Assembly: GCF_030028105.1 (NCBI RefSeq)
Contig: NC_092395.1
Span: forward strand, 16,088,424 to 16,152,423
DNA: 64,000 bases
Reading direction: 5' to 3'
Origin: Mobula birostris
Taxonomy: Eukaryota
Under the pieces are notes generated by a model. It saw only the letters and a list, made by a program, of their open reading frames with translations, searched no databases and was not told where the DNA came from. The translations under genes were made by a program, and so were the position numbers. This document shows positions 13,265 to 26,679 of the stretch, one piece after another; position 1 is the first letter of the stretch; the number at the start of each line of letters is the position of its first letter.

Positions 13265-13545
13265 AGACATAAAATGCCAGAGGAACTTGTTATGTCAGGC
13301 AGAATTTATGGAAATGAATAAACAGTCAATGTCCCAGACTGAAGCCCTTGTTAAGGGGAGTATGTCTGAATTAAAAGGTGGCGGGAGGGAAGAGAAGGAG
13401 GCTAGCTAGAAGGTGGTAGGTGATGCCAAGTGGGTGGGAAACATCAAGGACTGGAGAAGAAGGAATCTAATAGGAGAGAAGAGTGGACCACAGGAGAAAA
13501 GTAAGGACTGATTCCAAGGGGAAGTGATAGGTAGGTAAGAAGTAG
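13265..13545 (-). mobile_element. Degenerate Penelope-like pseudo-LTR fragment
   Basis: aaatgccagaggaact...tcaggcag..tatggaaatgaataaacagtcaatgt followed by a purine-rich tract, as in the other copies. Confidence 0.6.
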
Positions 13546-14519
13546 TAAGGTTCAAGGGTTCATTTTATTATCAAAGCATGTACGCAGAATACAACTCTGA
13601 GATTCGTCTTCTCCAAATAGCCATGAAATACAGAAAAACCATGGAAGTTATTGAAAGAAAAGACATCCACCCTCCCACACAAAAAAAAGGAAACATAACA
13701 TGCAAATCCCAAACCCCCCAACCTCTCCCTCGAACAAAAACCAATGGATCGCCCAACTGGATACTGCAGCTAAAACATTAAACCCCTAATCCCCAAGCCC
13801 CTCCCATGCAAAAAAAAGTGACAATAACATCGAACCCCCCAACCCCTCCCCACCCAAAAAGTAACATATCCTCCACCTGCCAAATTGACAAGAAAGAAAA
13901 CACAGAAAAAAAAGGAGACAAATATAAACTACAGTCCACACTAATAATCACATACGTCTCAGAATTTTGAAAACATCCTTCATCAGCATCAAGAGGAGCA
14001 ACAGCTTGAACTCAGTCCTTTTGTGGGGTCTTCATCTATCAGATATCAGAATCGGGAATAGATGTGGTGAGGGGAGTGGGAAATTGCCTTCAAATTCCTT
14101 GCACCATCTTCTCCCAAGAATAGCCAATGGCTGGTGCTCTCAGGACAAGCGGTCCAAGTTTTCCCAAGAAACACTACACAGTAATAAATATCTTCCTGTA
14201 TTCCCTAAAGCATAAATTACACTGGAAGGGAGGAAATTCCCAATAAGTATCTAGCCAAATATTCCAAGTGATGCAAAACCAAACCTGTTTATTATCGTCC
14301 TTCAAAGCTGGGGAAAAAAAATCAACCTGAAAATTATACAACTGAATTTTCAGGCAAGATGACACTAGCATTTTGGTTGTAAGAAAATATGGTCGGCTAC
14401 ATGCCAGACTGCAGGATGTCTCTGGAAATATGGGTTTCTTGTCATGTTTTCCAAGCCTTGTGGTAGTCCTGAAGCATTTCATAGTGAATAAATTATGTTA
14501 AGTGCTGTCATCATGTTAT

Positions 14520-14848
14520 TTAGTCTAGTAGAAGGCAGCTGTCGATCCCGGGGATCATGGGTGTGCACCTCTGGTGAACTGTGTCCTCTCCAGGGTGCAA
14601 GCCTGGGTGGGAAGATTTGAAGAAACGGCTATTGACCATGCAGAAGGTTCCCCCTCTCCACATCACTGATGTAGTCCAAGGGAAGGGCAAGCGCTGAAAC
14701 AGCTTGGCACCAGTGTCATCGCAGAGGTTGCCAGAGTGAAATTGTAAACAATGTCAAGCTGCCTTAGGGACCCCAGCTCCAGATTTCTTCCTGGGGTTTA
14801 CTCCCGAAGCCTTTCCCATGGGTGGGTATGGCTGCAAGGCAGCAGATA
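14520..14848 (-). mobile_element. SINE/RTE-like non-autonomous element sharing a central module with the 2085/7952 family
   Basis: Contains the reverse complement of gacac.ggtgccaagctgt..gcccttcccttggac.acatc.gtg...tggagagggg but has a different 5' part. Confidence 0.6.
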
Positions 14849-14868
14849 TGTAGTCTAACGTGACACAA

Positions 14869-15373
14869 TGTCATGGCACTGAAGCAGGGACCCAATCTCA
14901 GACCAAGTTCTATGCGCACTGTGATATTTACTGAGTAGCAAATCCACAGGAGCATCAAGCCAGCATCAAAGTTCAGGCAGAGATCAAAAATTCAAGAGAA
15001 ATCCAAAAAACCAGAATCAGGAAACAGGCTGAGTCAATACTCAGACGGACAGAATTCAGAAAGGCTCAGGAAAACTCACTGGCACAATCTAGCAGCAAAT
15101 AGGCGAAAACACAGGACTAAAATACACTGAGCAATAAACAGAGAGACAGATGATAGGTGGAGCACAATGAGAGAGAAGTGGCAGCAAAACAGGTAATAAT
15201 GAGAAACAGGTGAGAGGCGGAGTACTCGGTAATACAGGGGCCGGAGTAGACCAGGAGCGGGAACAGGAGCACATGGGACATGAAAACAAACAAGAGCACA
15301 TGGCAATACAAAGCCACAGGATGATGGCTGGGGGAAACACACAAAAAAAAGAGTTCAACTGGAGGTACTGACA
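14869..15373. mobile_element. Solo LTR (Gypsy-like)
   Basis: TGTCA...TGACA inverted termini; 5-bp TSD CACAA at 14864-14868 and 15374-15378. Confidence 0.8.
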
Positions 15374-16277
15374 CACAATAAATAATACCTTTTTTTTTGA
15401 GGCCCTCCATTGGTCAGGGTCAACAGAAATGCCATCTATATAATGCAAAACAGCACAAAACACTTTACCAGAACATTTTCCAACTAAGCATGACTTTGTG
15501 GACACATAGGCTGGTCAAAGCTTTTGGAAGTTCTGAGGAACGCCTTAAAGCAGGGGAGAGAGTGGCAAGGTACAAGGAAGAGATTCCCATGACTGTTAGA
15601 AATCACATTAACAGCTGCACCGATGCATTCTGCAATGCAGCCATTCAATAGATGATGCCCCAAATAATCAGCAGCATGCGCAGGATCTGTGAAGAAAAAG
15701 AACTCATTCTCTTTCCATCCCAACATTTTCTGGATGCAAATCTGAGTAAGTGTCCATTTTCTGCACCATAATTCATACCAATGACTTCCAACACCATTCA
15801 ACGACAACAACCAATTTGCTGCAGAAATTCATTGGGGCGTAGGAGGGAAGGGGGAAGAAATTGTCAGTGTTTAGTGTCAAGATCAGGGTCATCAGATTGT
15901 TAGCTGCTTCAGATTCCAGTATCTGCAGTCTCTTGGGTCTTGGTGGACCAGGCAATACCGAGCTGAGTGGGCTGGTTCAAGGGTGGGTCATACACTGACC
16001 CCTAGTTGGCACCCACTGGGCCACTTCTTGGCGACAATCCAAGTCTTCACCTGTAATGAAATACTTCACTCAGTGGAAAGGGCAGTGGGGAATGAACTGC
16101 TAGTGGAAGCAGTAGATGCTGGTTCAGTTGTAGCATTGAAGGGAACTTCAGATTGGTACGTGAATGGGAGAGCTTGGGAGGATATAGTCCAGGTGCAGGA
16201 TAGGACTATTCAGAAAACTGGTGGGGGGGGGGGATTGGGCAGGAGACTTGGGGGAGAGATGGGGGAGAGGAAAACCA

Positions 16278-16710
16278 CTTTATGTTTTTAAACTCCAAAA
16301 ATTAAAAAGTAATTGGAAGGAAAACAAGAGTGCCAGGAATGCGAGTCTAACTTCATTTTTACTTTAAGCGAGACGTGCAAGTAGGACATGGTAGCATAAT
16401 GATATATGCCGTTTACGTACTTTTACACATAATAGAAATGCATTATGTAATCAACAAAGAATGTTTAATCAAAATATATATTTACAATATATCTCAAATA
16501 GTACTGAAATATTAAACATACAACATTCCTCTCTGCTTATCAATACAGAATGCATCTGAACTATCTACACAGTACACTATATAATGCAACTACTATACAT
16601 ACATTCACAATCCACAGCAGAGTAAATTTTAAATTGCCCGTTCAGCCCTAAAGATTTAATCACTGAGGAAGTTTTCTTACTCTTGTAAAATAACATCTTT
16701 CCTGGTCAAA
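16278..16710 (-). mobile_element. Gypsy LTR retrotransposon 3' end (integrase tail, PPT, 3' LTR)
   Basis: Minus strand QERCYFTRVRKLPQ*LNL resembles the ERRYPTRVRNPPQRLNL integrase tail. PPT-like aagcagagaggaa (16526-16538) lies directly before TGTTG of an AT-rich LTR. Confidence 0.6.
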
Positions 16711-16734
16711 CTGCTTGGCGGAGAAATGAAGCAC

Positions 16735-17165
16735 AAAATGAGTCTGTAAATCTGGTGGGAGCAAAGGATGTTGGGAATGGCAAGGGTGGAGCCCTGCTGC
16801 AGGAGTGTAGGACAGTGGCGGAGAAGGTGTGCCATGGGTGGGGGTTGGCGCGGGTGCAGATACAAACCCCCAGCCCTGAGACATCGGGCAAGCTAACTTG
16901 ATTCCAAGCAATTGTCTCTCTGGTGCTTCCTGCTCCCTCCCCTCTCCCTTCCCTTTCTCCCCAACCATGATTCCCCTCTCCTTGCCCCCTTCCCACTCTC
17001 ATAGAGACCCATATCAGAATCAGGTTTATCATCACTCACATATGTCATGAAATTTGTCTTTTGTGGTAGTAGTACAGTGCAGTACATAAAATTACTACAG
17101 TACTGCGCAAAAGTCTTAGGCACCCTAGCTACAGCATGTGCCAAAGACTTTTGCTAAGTACTGTA
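16735..17165 (-). mobile_element. Composite non-autonomous element (mini Tc1-type MITE + Rex tail + purine-rich module)
   Basis: Colinear reverse complement of 53045-53470. Includes a hairpin MITE at 17098-17163 flanked by TA. Confidence 0.7.
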
Positions 17166-18446
17166 TTAAATACACAGCAAGTATTTTTTGAGGTAACAAT
17201 TCCTGTTGTACATTTTCAGAATTAGAATCAGAATCAGGTTTATTATCACTGGCATGTGTTGTGAAATTTGTTAACTTAGCAGCAGCAATTCAATGCAATA
17301 CACAATACAGGGGAAATAAATAAATATAGTATACGTATATTCGATAGATTAAAAATCATGCAAAAACAGAATTAATATATATTTAAAAAGTCCAACCCAA
17401 CTACATTTTCTATATGAGAAGGCCCAGAGGCAGCCTGTCCTATGGTTGGAGGCCTTTCTCTGTATGAGAGGGTGGGTGGGTGGGTGGGACGGGGACTGGT
17501 TTTGTTATTGTCTTGTTTAGTTCAGCTATTCTTGCTGTTGCTGCTGCTTGTGTTATTCTGCTGAACATTGTGGGACGGAGTTTGTGGCAACACTTGTGGG
17601 CTGCCCCTTGCACATCCTTGGGCGTGTTGGTTGTTAATGCAAATGATGCATTTCATTCTATGTTTTGATGTACACATGATAAATAAATTTTCCCACTTCT
17701 AAGTTTATTTTCTCACTCATCTATAGGTAGTTACTGAAGTAAGTTCCTCTGTATTTCAATTAACATCTTTAATAGGCCACGAGTACCCAGTTATAACACA
17801 AGTTCCACTCTCGGAACTTCCTACCTCGCACAGTGGGAACACCTTTGCTATAAAGTTTCTGTTGTTGATGAGGCAGTGCCTATCAATAAATGCTGACCAT
17901 GTGGGAAAAATGCCTTGATCCAGAAAGAATAGATAAAAATGCTCAGAACCTTTGCCTCAGTCACTCTTGTACACGGCAGGCTGCATGGGCTTTGCAGAAG
18001 CTCTCACCATGTTCATCTTTCAACCTTATTCCACTTTACCACACAGCACAGTTTGTGGTTTGTGCAGCTATCTGTGAGGATGGGAGATCTATGCGAAAAC
18101 TGAACACTCAGCATCGGCCAGCAAACTCCAACCCAACTACAGCAGCCGCAGTTTCCGCTTACATTCTGGCTGACAGCTGACCGCAGCACAACACACAGGG
18201 CTCTCCAGACCTTGCTGCACGAAAATGCTATTCCTTTGAAACTGCAAAGCCACTACTTTGATTGGCACCTCAGCACTGCTCCCAGTATCCACGCTGCAGG
18301 TACAAAATGTACTATACCACCAGCCAAAGCCACAACCTCGACCACAATGGAGAGAAGGGGATTCAAAGGCTTGGGAACCTTCCTGTAGACACTCCCTCAA
18401 ATCATGCACCATCCCAACTTTGGAAATATATTACCATTCCTCCATT

Positions 18447-18985
18447 AGAACATAGAACAATGCAGCATGATACAGGCCCTTCAGCCCACAATGCTGTGCC
18501 AACCCTTTAAACTACATTTAGATCAATCTAACCTCCAGCCCCACATTGCCCTCCATTTTTTGATCATCCACATGTCTATCTAAGAATCTCTTATATCTCC
18601 CTCATGTATCTACCTCTACCACTGGTACTGCACCCACCACTCTGCGTTTAAAAAAAAACTTGCATCCGACATCTTCTCCATAGTTTCTTCCAACTATCTT
18701 CAAATTATACCTTCACATATTACCCTTTTCTGTCCTGGGAAAAAAATCTCTGTCTCTCATCATCTTATACACTTCAATCAAGTCAACTCACATCGTCCTT
18801 TGCTCCAATGAATATAGACTCCGCTTGCTCAACCTATCCTCATGAAACATCCTGTCAAATGCAGCATCCTGGTAAATTTCCCCCCTCTAAAGCTTAAAGC
18901 TTCCACATCCTTCCTATAAAGAGGTGATCAAGTGAGATCTGACCAGCATTTTATGGAGTTGCAACACTAGCTTGCTCTTGAACTC
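18447..18985 (-). mobile_element. Older CR1/HER1-like 3' fragment
   Basis: tagaacatagaaca tail, ggcccttcagcccacaatg, gcagcatcctggtaaat, gcttccacatccttcctata. Confidence 0.75.
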
Positions 18986-19229
18986 ATGTAATGTTGGGTC
19001 TAAATCCTACAACTCCCTACCCGAAAGCGCTTTGGAGTACATTTACTCTGACTGCAGTAGACAAAGTTGACTCATCACAAGACATTCTGCAGATGCTAAA
19101 ACACCACCCCCAGAGGCAATTTAATTCATCACCACCCTCTCAGAGCGATTAGTGATGGATCACAAATATTGGCCTTACCAGTGATGCCCAAATCCTGAGA
19201 ATTTTTTGAACATTTATTTTCTTAGAGAT

Positions 19230-19460
19230 GTAGTACAGTAATAAGACCTTCTAGGTCCAACGAGGTCCCACCCATGTGACCCATTAACCTACTAACCCGT
19301 ACATCTGTGGAATGAAGGAGGAAAACAAAGCACCTGGAGGAAACACACAGAGTCACAGGAGGAGAATGTACAAACTCTTACAGACAGTGGCAGAATTTAA
19401 CCCGGGTTGCTGGCGCTGTAACAGCATTTCGCTAACCGCTACACTACTGTGCTGCCCACA
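19230..19460 (-). mobile_element. HE1/V-SINE-like SINE
   Basis: ggaggaaaacaaagcacctggaggaaacacac...ctaaccgctacactactgtgctgccc. Confidence 0.7.
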
Positions 19461-21464
19461 AATAAATCTTTTCTCATTCTTGGTACATACTTCCCTCCCT
19501 GCCCTCTTCTTTCCCAAGGGAACATGCTGGAATACCACTCAACAGGTGCAAACTTGTCTTGTGGGTGCATGTGTGGGCCTCGGTCCTGTGATGGGCATAT
19601 CACGTCACCCCAAATGAGGACATGAGCACATCGCGGGCAGACCCACTCCTGTGCACTCTCAGCAAAGTGGTATGAACAATTCATGATTACCTCAGAGGCA
19701 CTGACTTGAAACACCTCCACTCATTCTTCAAGCTATCTTGCCAACCCAGCACATCTTGGACAATGGAGCAATCATGCCTTGTACAAAGGGGTTATACATC
19801 TGTCCAAGTATCAGATCATTAAACCACAAACTGCTCCCTCTGACTGCTCAAATTTTCTTTCAATATCGGTGGTTTGGTGCTTTGCCAATATGTTAAGAGC
19901 TTAGCTATGCTATAGACTTTTGTTTGAAAAGATATTGGAGATTTCCTTGCCAGTACTGTTTATTCCATAGCTGAAAGTGCAGACATACTGGATGGAGTTC
20001 CATAGTCGCTAGCTTTCTCTCAGTACCTTAGCCCACTACTGATGTCTGATTCAAGGGAATGCTGATGTATCTGTTGACCCATCTAGTCAACAGATGGAAT
20101 AAAAGAAGTCAGTATCAATAAAACATCCTCATCAAAATACAGATTTTTTCCAGTTGTGGAAAATCAAAGTTTTCCCTCCACTACATCCAATTCACTTGGA
20201 TAGTCATACAAGGGCGGGAGTCACGCACCACAATGATTTCATGTCCTGATGTTTAGACAGATACATAACCCCTTTGTACAATGCATGATTGCTCCACTTT
20301 CTAAGATGTGATTTCCACACCTTAACAAATGAATCAAGATAGCCGGGAGGAGAGTAAAGTGAAGTTATTTTGAGTAAGTGAGGTAATCCATGAACTGCTG
20401 TGGATCAAAGTCCCACAACTCCCTAACTATTCATACAAGGGCAGCACCTTCAGCTCCTCCGACTTCTGTTCAGGAAAATAGCACAGTGCCATCTTCTTAA
20501 CATCATTTAGGGATGGGTATCAAATGGGCACCATGCCAGCTCTGCCCACATCCTGTGAGACGATAAACAAATCTCTAACGTAAGCTGGTAAACCAAAGAC
20601 ATGCGTCACGCTGCAAGTGCTCACCCATTGAGTCAAAGGAGCAACTGCTCATAGTTAGGAAAGCAATCAACAGTAGTATGTCAGGTTTAGCCAGAAATAC
20701 ATTCCAGTCATTCTGTGGGTGTTTTAACGTCTCATAACATTTTACATTGTTCCAAGCACAATTTCAAGACACTGTTTTGCCAATGCAATTCAGGCAGCAG
20801 GAGGATGTTTAAATTAGAATGTAACAGGTCAGCAGTGACATGTTCCAATCAAACCCACCCTGATTTGCATCATGTTCAAGAGCCACATTAAATCATGCCC
20901 TGTTGCTGACCCAAGGTTAGAACAAAGCCTGAGGCTTCTCTATAATCCGTGCTGCTCTGAGGTCTCCTGCGAAGCGAGCTGTCCAAACAGGTGAATCATT
21001 TAAGGAGGTATGCATCGACTTTCAAGGACGCTAAAGTGAGTCCCCAAAATCTCTAGCACAAATCTAACACCATCATATACGTGTCTCCAAAATCTTACAA
21101 AATCCTGCAGGATGTAAAACAATCCCACTGGATTTTAATAATAAAAACAGATTATAAACCATAAAAACATAAATAATAGAACTCAATTTTGAAAGTGTTC
21201 ATGAGAGACTGAAGCACACTAAGTTCCATAAAATTCTAATTTTAATGATGTCTTCAAAACTGGGCTTTGCTACTATATTTTTGCCAACAGCTAAAAGCGT
21301 ATTCCTTCAGCATCTTTGGAATTTTTAAGAAAGCTCATCTTCCTGTTGATTACTTTTACAACATTTTATTAAGCTTTTTCTCAGCAGTGTTGGCATGCAC
21401 AAATGAATTTTAGTTTGGTGGAGGCGGACACTGAGGAAAACAGAAATTAGTGAGGACTAAACAT

Positions 21465-22225
21465 TAGAAAGTCTGCAAATGCTGGAAATCCAAAGCAACA
21501 CACACAAACTGCTGGAGGAACTCAGCAGGCCGGGCAGCATCTATGGAAAAGAGTAAAGAGTCAACGTTTCAAGCCGAGACCCTTCTTCAGGGCTGCGTAA
21601 GAAAGAGGAAGATGCCAGAATAAAAGGGTGGGGAGAGGGGAAAGAGGCTGGCTGGAAGGTGATAGGTGAATCCAGGTGGGTGGGAAGGGTGAAGGGCTGA
21701 AGTTTACTGTTCTATGGATCTGCTAAGTATGCCTGCAGAAAAGGAATCCCAGGGTTGTATGTGGTGACATGTATGCACTCTGATAATAAATTTTACTTTG
21801 AACCTAGAGAGGAAAGAATCTGATAAGGAGGAGAGTGGACCATAGGAGAAAGAGAAGGATGAGGAGACCCAGGGGAAATAATAGGCAAGTGAAAAGAAGT
21901 AAAAGGTCAGAGTGGGGAATAGAGGTGGTTGGGGGGGGGGGGGGATTTTTTTTTACCAGATGGAGAAATCGATATTCATGCCATCAGGTTGGAGGGTACC
22001 TAGATGGAATTTTAAGTGTTGCTCCTCCAGTCGAGGACGGCCTATCTTGACAATAGAGGAGCCCGTGGATTAATATGTTGGAATGGAAATGGGAATCCAA
22101 ATTAAAATGTTTGGCCACTGGGAAGTTCCGCTTGCGGCGGATGGTGCGGAGGTGTTTAACGAAGCGTTTCCGATTTGGCTCTCACCAACTTAGAGGAGGC
22201 CGCCTCGGGAGCACTGGACACAATA
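21465..22225 (-). mobile_element. Penelope-like element 3' part (GIY-YIG remnant + pseudo-LTR), interrupted by a Rex tail at ~21701-21803
   Basis: Minus strand carries a decayed CSRGGLL*VGE..GNASLNTSA / LPSGQTF*FGFPFPF version of the CSRCGLLYIGE...LPVA.HFN GIY-YIG block; hammerhead motif at 21559-21594. Confidence 0.75.
21559..21594 (-). ncRNA. Minimal type I hammerhead ribozyme motif
   Basis: AGCC-CTGAAGA-A-GGGTCTCGGCTT-GAAA-CG-TT-GACT. Core intact, G-U pairs in stem II, one mismatch in stem I. Confidence 0.6.
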
Positions 22226-22939
22226 GATTCCTAGAAGAAGCTCTTAGTGGAAATAGTATTCTTTTCAAACCTATTGAGTTACAATCAAAGTCCGATTGGA
22301 TCCGTAGTCACTCTGAACCAAAGCAAGATTTCCACACATTTTACAGGAAAACACCAGTTCCTGGGAAGAATGTAATTTACATTCAAATCATTGGTATGAT
22401 TCTGTAAAACTATTTCAATCAGATTAAATGAATGAAGGTAAAATTATTTTGATTTTAAACAGAAGTTAAATCAAAAATAGTAAAGTATTAGAAACTGAAG
22501 CTACATTGATTTGCAAAAGTATACAGTTGGGAAGAATTAGATACTGTTTGGATTGAGAAATATAAGGTATTTCATCCACTTTAGCTCTTGGTGTGTCCAA
22601 TCGATTTGGACTTGTATTGAATTCAACCCTATACATGTATACTGCCAAACGAAACAATGCTTCTCCAGACCAAGGTGCACAACAAACTAACAAATAATAA
22701 GTTGCATTTATGACAAGTTAAAAAGTGAACAGTACAATGCTACTATATGGACAGCTATATGATAGCTGTACGGACAGGACAGGAATGAAGGATTATGGGC
22801 TGAGTGCAGGTTGGTGGGACTAGGTGAGAGTAAGAGTTCGGCCTGGACAGGAAGGGCTGAGGTGGCCTGTTTCTGTGCTGTAATTGTTATATGGTTAATA
22901 GACGACCCCAGCAGATTTGCAGGGGAAGTGTTGCCTTAC

Positions 22940-22960
22940 CAGGAAGGACTGTTTGGGGCC
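22940..22960 (-). other. Candidate 21-nt alternative microexon of the TLE gene (GPKQSFL if phase 0)
   Basis: cttctcatctccactcag|GGCCCCAAACAGTCCTTCCTG|gtaagg. About 70 nt upstream are AG-free and the length preserves frame. No homology evidence. Confidence 0.3.
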
Positions 22961-23269
22961 CTGAGTGGAGATGAGAAGGTGGTGTATGGGCAGATGATAT
23001 GACATTATCAGAAAAAAAATGATGGGAAATGACTACTTCAGCAGGGTATATGTCTGCAGGATCTTCAGAGAAACCGTTCCCAAACTGGGACCCACAGACT
23101 CCTTGCTTAATGGTATTGGTCCATTGCATGAAAAAAGTTGGTAATCCCTCCTTTAGAGGGAAACAGTACTTTGTGATGACATCACTAGAGGAAATAATGG
23201 ATGGAAAATAACTCAGTCAAGTCATAATAAATATTTCATTTGAATTAAAAGATAAGCGTTATTTGGCAT

Positions 23270-23640
23270 TTTGTTTGCTATGTGCTGTGTTATGTGACGT
23301 AGGCAATCATGGTCTTTCCATGACCACGATTGTTTTGGCAATGTTTCTACAGAAACTTTCTAATTTTTCTTCTAGGCAGTGCCTTTACAAGATGGGTGAC
23401 CCTGGCCATTATCAATATTCTTCAGAGATTGTCTACCTGCCGTCAGTGGCTGCATAACCTGGACTTGTGATATACACCGGCTGCTCATACGGCCATCCAC
23501 CACCTGTTCCCATGGCTTCATATGACCCTGATCGGGGGGTAGGCAGATGCTACACCTCGCCCAAGGGTGACCTGCAGGTCAGTGACGGGAAGGAGAGGCT
23601 TACACCTGTTTTGGTAGAGACGTATCCCCACCCCGTGACC
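23270..23640 (-). mobile_element. SINE with an RTE-like 3' tail
   Basis: Minus strand ends tgtagaaacattgccaaaacaatcgtggtcatggaaagaccatgattgcctacgtcac, resembling RTE tails. Confidence 0.5.
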
Positions 23641-23799
23641 CCTTTTGGCAATAGATGAAAAAAATGCAGTCTATGTGGGAGAGAAGGGTTAAATTGATCT
23701 TAGAACAAGTTAAAAGCGTGCATAACACCATGGGCCAAATGGCCTGTACTATGCCATTCTATGTTCAATGTGTCACGTGCACATCAAAACATAATGAAA

Positions 23800-24060
23800 T
23801 TGTCGTTTCTATCAACCACCTACACAATCTGAGGGTAGTCTGCAAGTGTTGCCATGCTTCCAGTGCCAACAAAGTACACCTATGACTTACTATCCCTTAG
23901 CGGTACATCTTTGGGATGTGTGAGGGATCAGGAGCATGCGACGGAAACCCACGTAGTCACAGGGAGAACAGACAAATTCGTAACAGACAGTGGCAGGAAG
24001 TGAACCCCACACACCGGTGCTGCAAAGGGTTAAGTTAGTCACTATGCTACGGTGCCGCCC
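23800..24060 (-). mobile_element. HE1/V-SINE-like SINE
   Basis: ggaaacccacgtagtcacagggagaac...actatgctacggtgccgccc. Confidence 0.7.
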
Positions 24061-26679
24061 AGCATCTCAGAGGACTTCTATAATAGCACACAAAGGTGGT
24101 CCATCTTCCAGCAATCCTAAATCAAATGCCTGGTCTGTCAGCTGTCTATTTATGTGTGTACACAGCAGGTATTTTGCAGAGTTTTGGTTTTGCACTCCGT
24201 GCAAATGAAAAAGAAATGCAGAGTGCATGTGGCAAATCCCAATTTATAAAGCATGCATAATTATCAATTTGAATATTTAATCACGGGTGCGAAGCAAACA
24301 GAATAGGTCAGCCCATGGATTAGACCACCAAGGTGACATCATAGGCGGCTTTTAATTACCTCCGCACCCCTGGGTTAGACAGAGAGAAAGGTCAGGAGAG
24401 ATTCGTTGTGTAGCACGCCGTTTTCTGGGGACATCCACGCCCAAACACTGGGAGGAAAATAGATCAATCTGAGCTGTTCCTCTAAGTCAATAAATTACCA
24501 TTTACTGTCCGTGCATCTTCCACGCTGCTTAAAATGGTACGTGTCAGGAGGACAAGACCTCTTCGTTGATGCTCAGCAACACCCATTAGAGTTGAAACTC
24601 TGTTGGATAGTTTTCCACTTGAAAGGGTAAAAGATCTGTAGAACTTTCACAGCACAGGGGGACATCCTGCCCATCGAGTCTGGGCTGCTCCAGTTCCAAC
24701 AAACTCAGAAATGCCAATCACTCTGCTCTTCGCCCATAGTGTTGCAAATTTTTCTTACAACACCGAGTATTACACGGTCCCCTTTCGAAGGCTTGGATCA
24801 TGTCTGCTTCCATGATCCTCATGGGGTAAGACTGCTTTTCTTCCATGCTCCTGCACGACTTGCCTAAAACCTTCAAATATGCATTCCTTAAAAATGTGCT
24901 AACGGGAACATCTTCCCACCATTTAGTCAGTCATAGAAAGATGCAGCATATTATCAGGTCCTTCGGCCCATCAACTGCTTACTTACTCTCATCCTACATT
25001 AATCCCATTGTTTTTATTCTCCCATTATTCTTGTCAAATTTCCCTACCCTAACCCAGCCATCATTACTAAAGCAAATCACTCAACCCTATTTGCGTTTAA
25101 AAAAAAACAGGCACAGCTTTTCCAGGCTAAAATTGCAATCAAAATCTCTTGTTTCTGTAATTATTAGAGGCATCTCTTCAGCACTCTTGCTTATTGTCTT
25201 CCTACACTTGTTGAACATGGCAACCAGAATACTGGGTAAATACCCCTCCCTTCCAGACTCGCATGAGGGATTCCCCAGTGTGGAGGTCTCCATTTTGTAT
25301 TCACAACAGGCACAAAATGGCCCACAGCGCTGGCTGAATTAGAACAAAATAGGGCCAGTGTGTAACCAAGGCAACAGACACGGACACACTGAGTATCAAA
25401 CAGTACTCACTTTGTAAACAGATTAGGATCAGTCTATAATAGAAAGAGCTTATTATAGAGTAATTACAGCCTAACAACTGGGCAGGATGTCCTGAAAGAA
25501 GGGTCTAAATTGAACGCACAACCTATAGTTTTCGACTTTCAAAGATAAACATTGAAAAGAAAGGGAAACTATCTCTATTTCCGATCTCTCCACACCCAAG
25601 AAATGGGGAAAGCTGCTTTGTAACTATATCATTCTTAACTAGGAACAGTGTTAGCTAACAGTGGACAGGGAAACACCATGCCTTTGGGAGTCATCTGAAC
25701 ACAGATTTTTTTTGAACTTGCAATGCAGTCACAGTGTATTTTTTTCCCCCTAGTAATATAATGTGGAAACCTTAAAATAAAATGGAGAGACATTTTGCTG
25801 TGTGTTTAATATTTCACCATTATTGTAAATATATTGTTACAAAACATAACACATTTGATTCCCTAACCCTTTCTTTAGTACTTTTTTAAAAAAGGTAAAA
25901 CTAGGTGTTGAATTGCTTATTTGACAACAGCAGGCCTCGCACCAGAGTGTAGACCTTTCCTGAAGTCTGAGTGGTGGTGGCTCACTGAATTGCAATCCAG
26001 AGAATGACTGACAGCGAGCGTCCTTTATTCTGGAGGCATCACTTCTTTCACTGCACAATTCACCCCCAGAGATACAGAGCCAGTCCAAGTGCTTCGAGGT
26101 GGGAGAAATAAACAGAGATTTCACAGATGGTCAGCAACCTTCTCATTCCCAAAATAGGGCAAAAAAAGGCTATTCCTGGGAACACTAGAACAGATGCAAG
26201 GGACGGGAAATCAGCCAGCAAGTTTTGGGATAGCAGCCAGACTTTGCCTTCCCTATTCAGAATCAGGTCACCAGATGTACAGTACAGCAGGGGAACAATA
26301 AAGCCAGCCCTATTGCTCATTTTGCAAGCCAGCTATCAATTATTAGGGTGGCACATAGCTTTCCTGTCAACCTTCGCCCCTTTTGGTATCTAGGGTGGAT
26401 AATGACGAACAACTAAACTCTGACCACTTAAGAATATAACGATACACTTCAATACATCCCAGAAGAATTGTATTGTCTAGCACAATTCTGATTATTAATG
26501 TATATTGAACGTGTATATAAATAGGAACCTATTAATAGATTAGTATTTTTCATAGATGTGCACTTCCTGTAAATGTCTTGCGTAACACTCTCCTGCCATA
26601 CCTTGATGTTTCCCCGCTCATTACCCAGTTACATTAGTTCCCGTAATAGTGGCCTTTAGTGATTGGAGAAGCACAAAAA

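Noticed and set aside
15560-15700. Strong minus-strand acceptor ttctttttcttcacag
   Set aside because: Stop in the phase-0 frame, no TLE similarity in other frames, no convincing donor.
24845-25342. 165-aa plus-strand ORF
   Set aside because: Runs across decayed CR1/SINE tails and unique DNA; no recognisable domain or exon structure.
25837-26124. 95-aa minus-strand ORF in unique sequence
   Set aside because: No TLE CcN/SP motifs and no clear splice-site pair; more likely non-coding.
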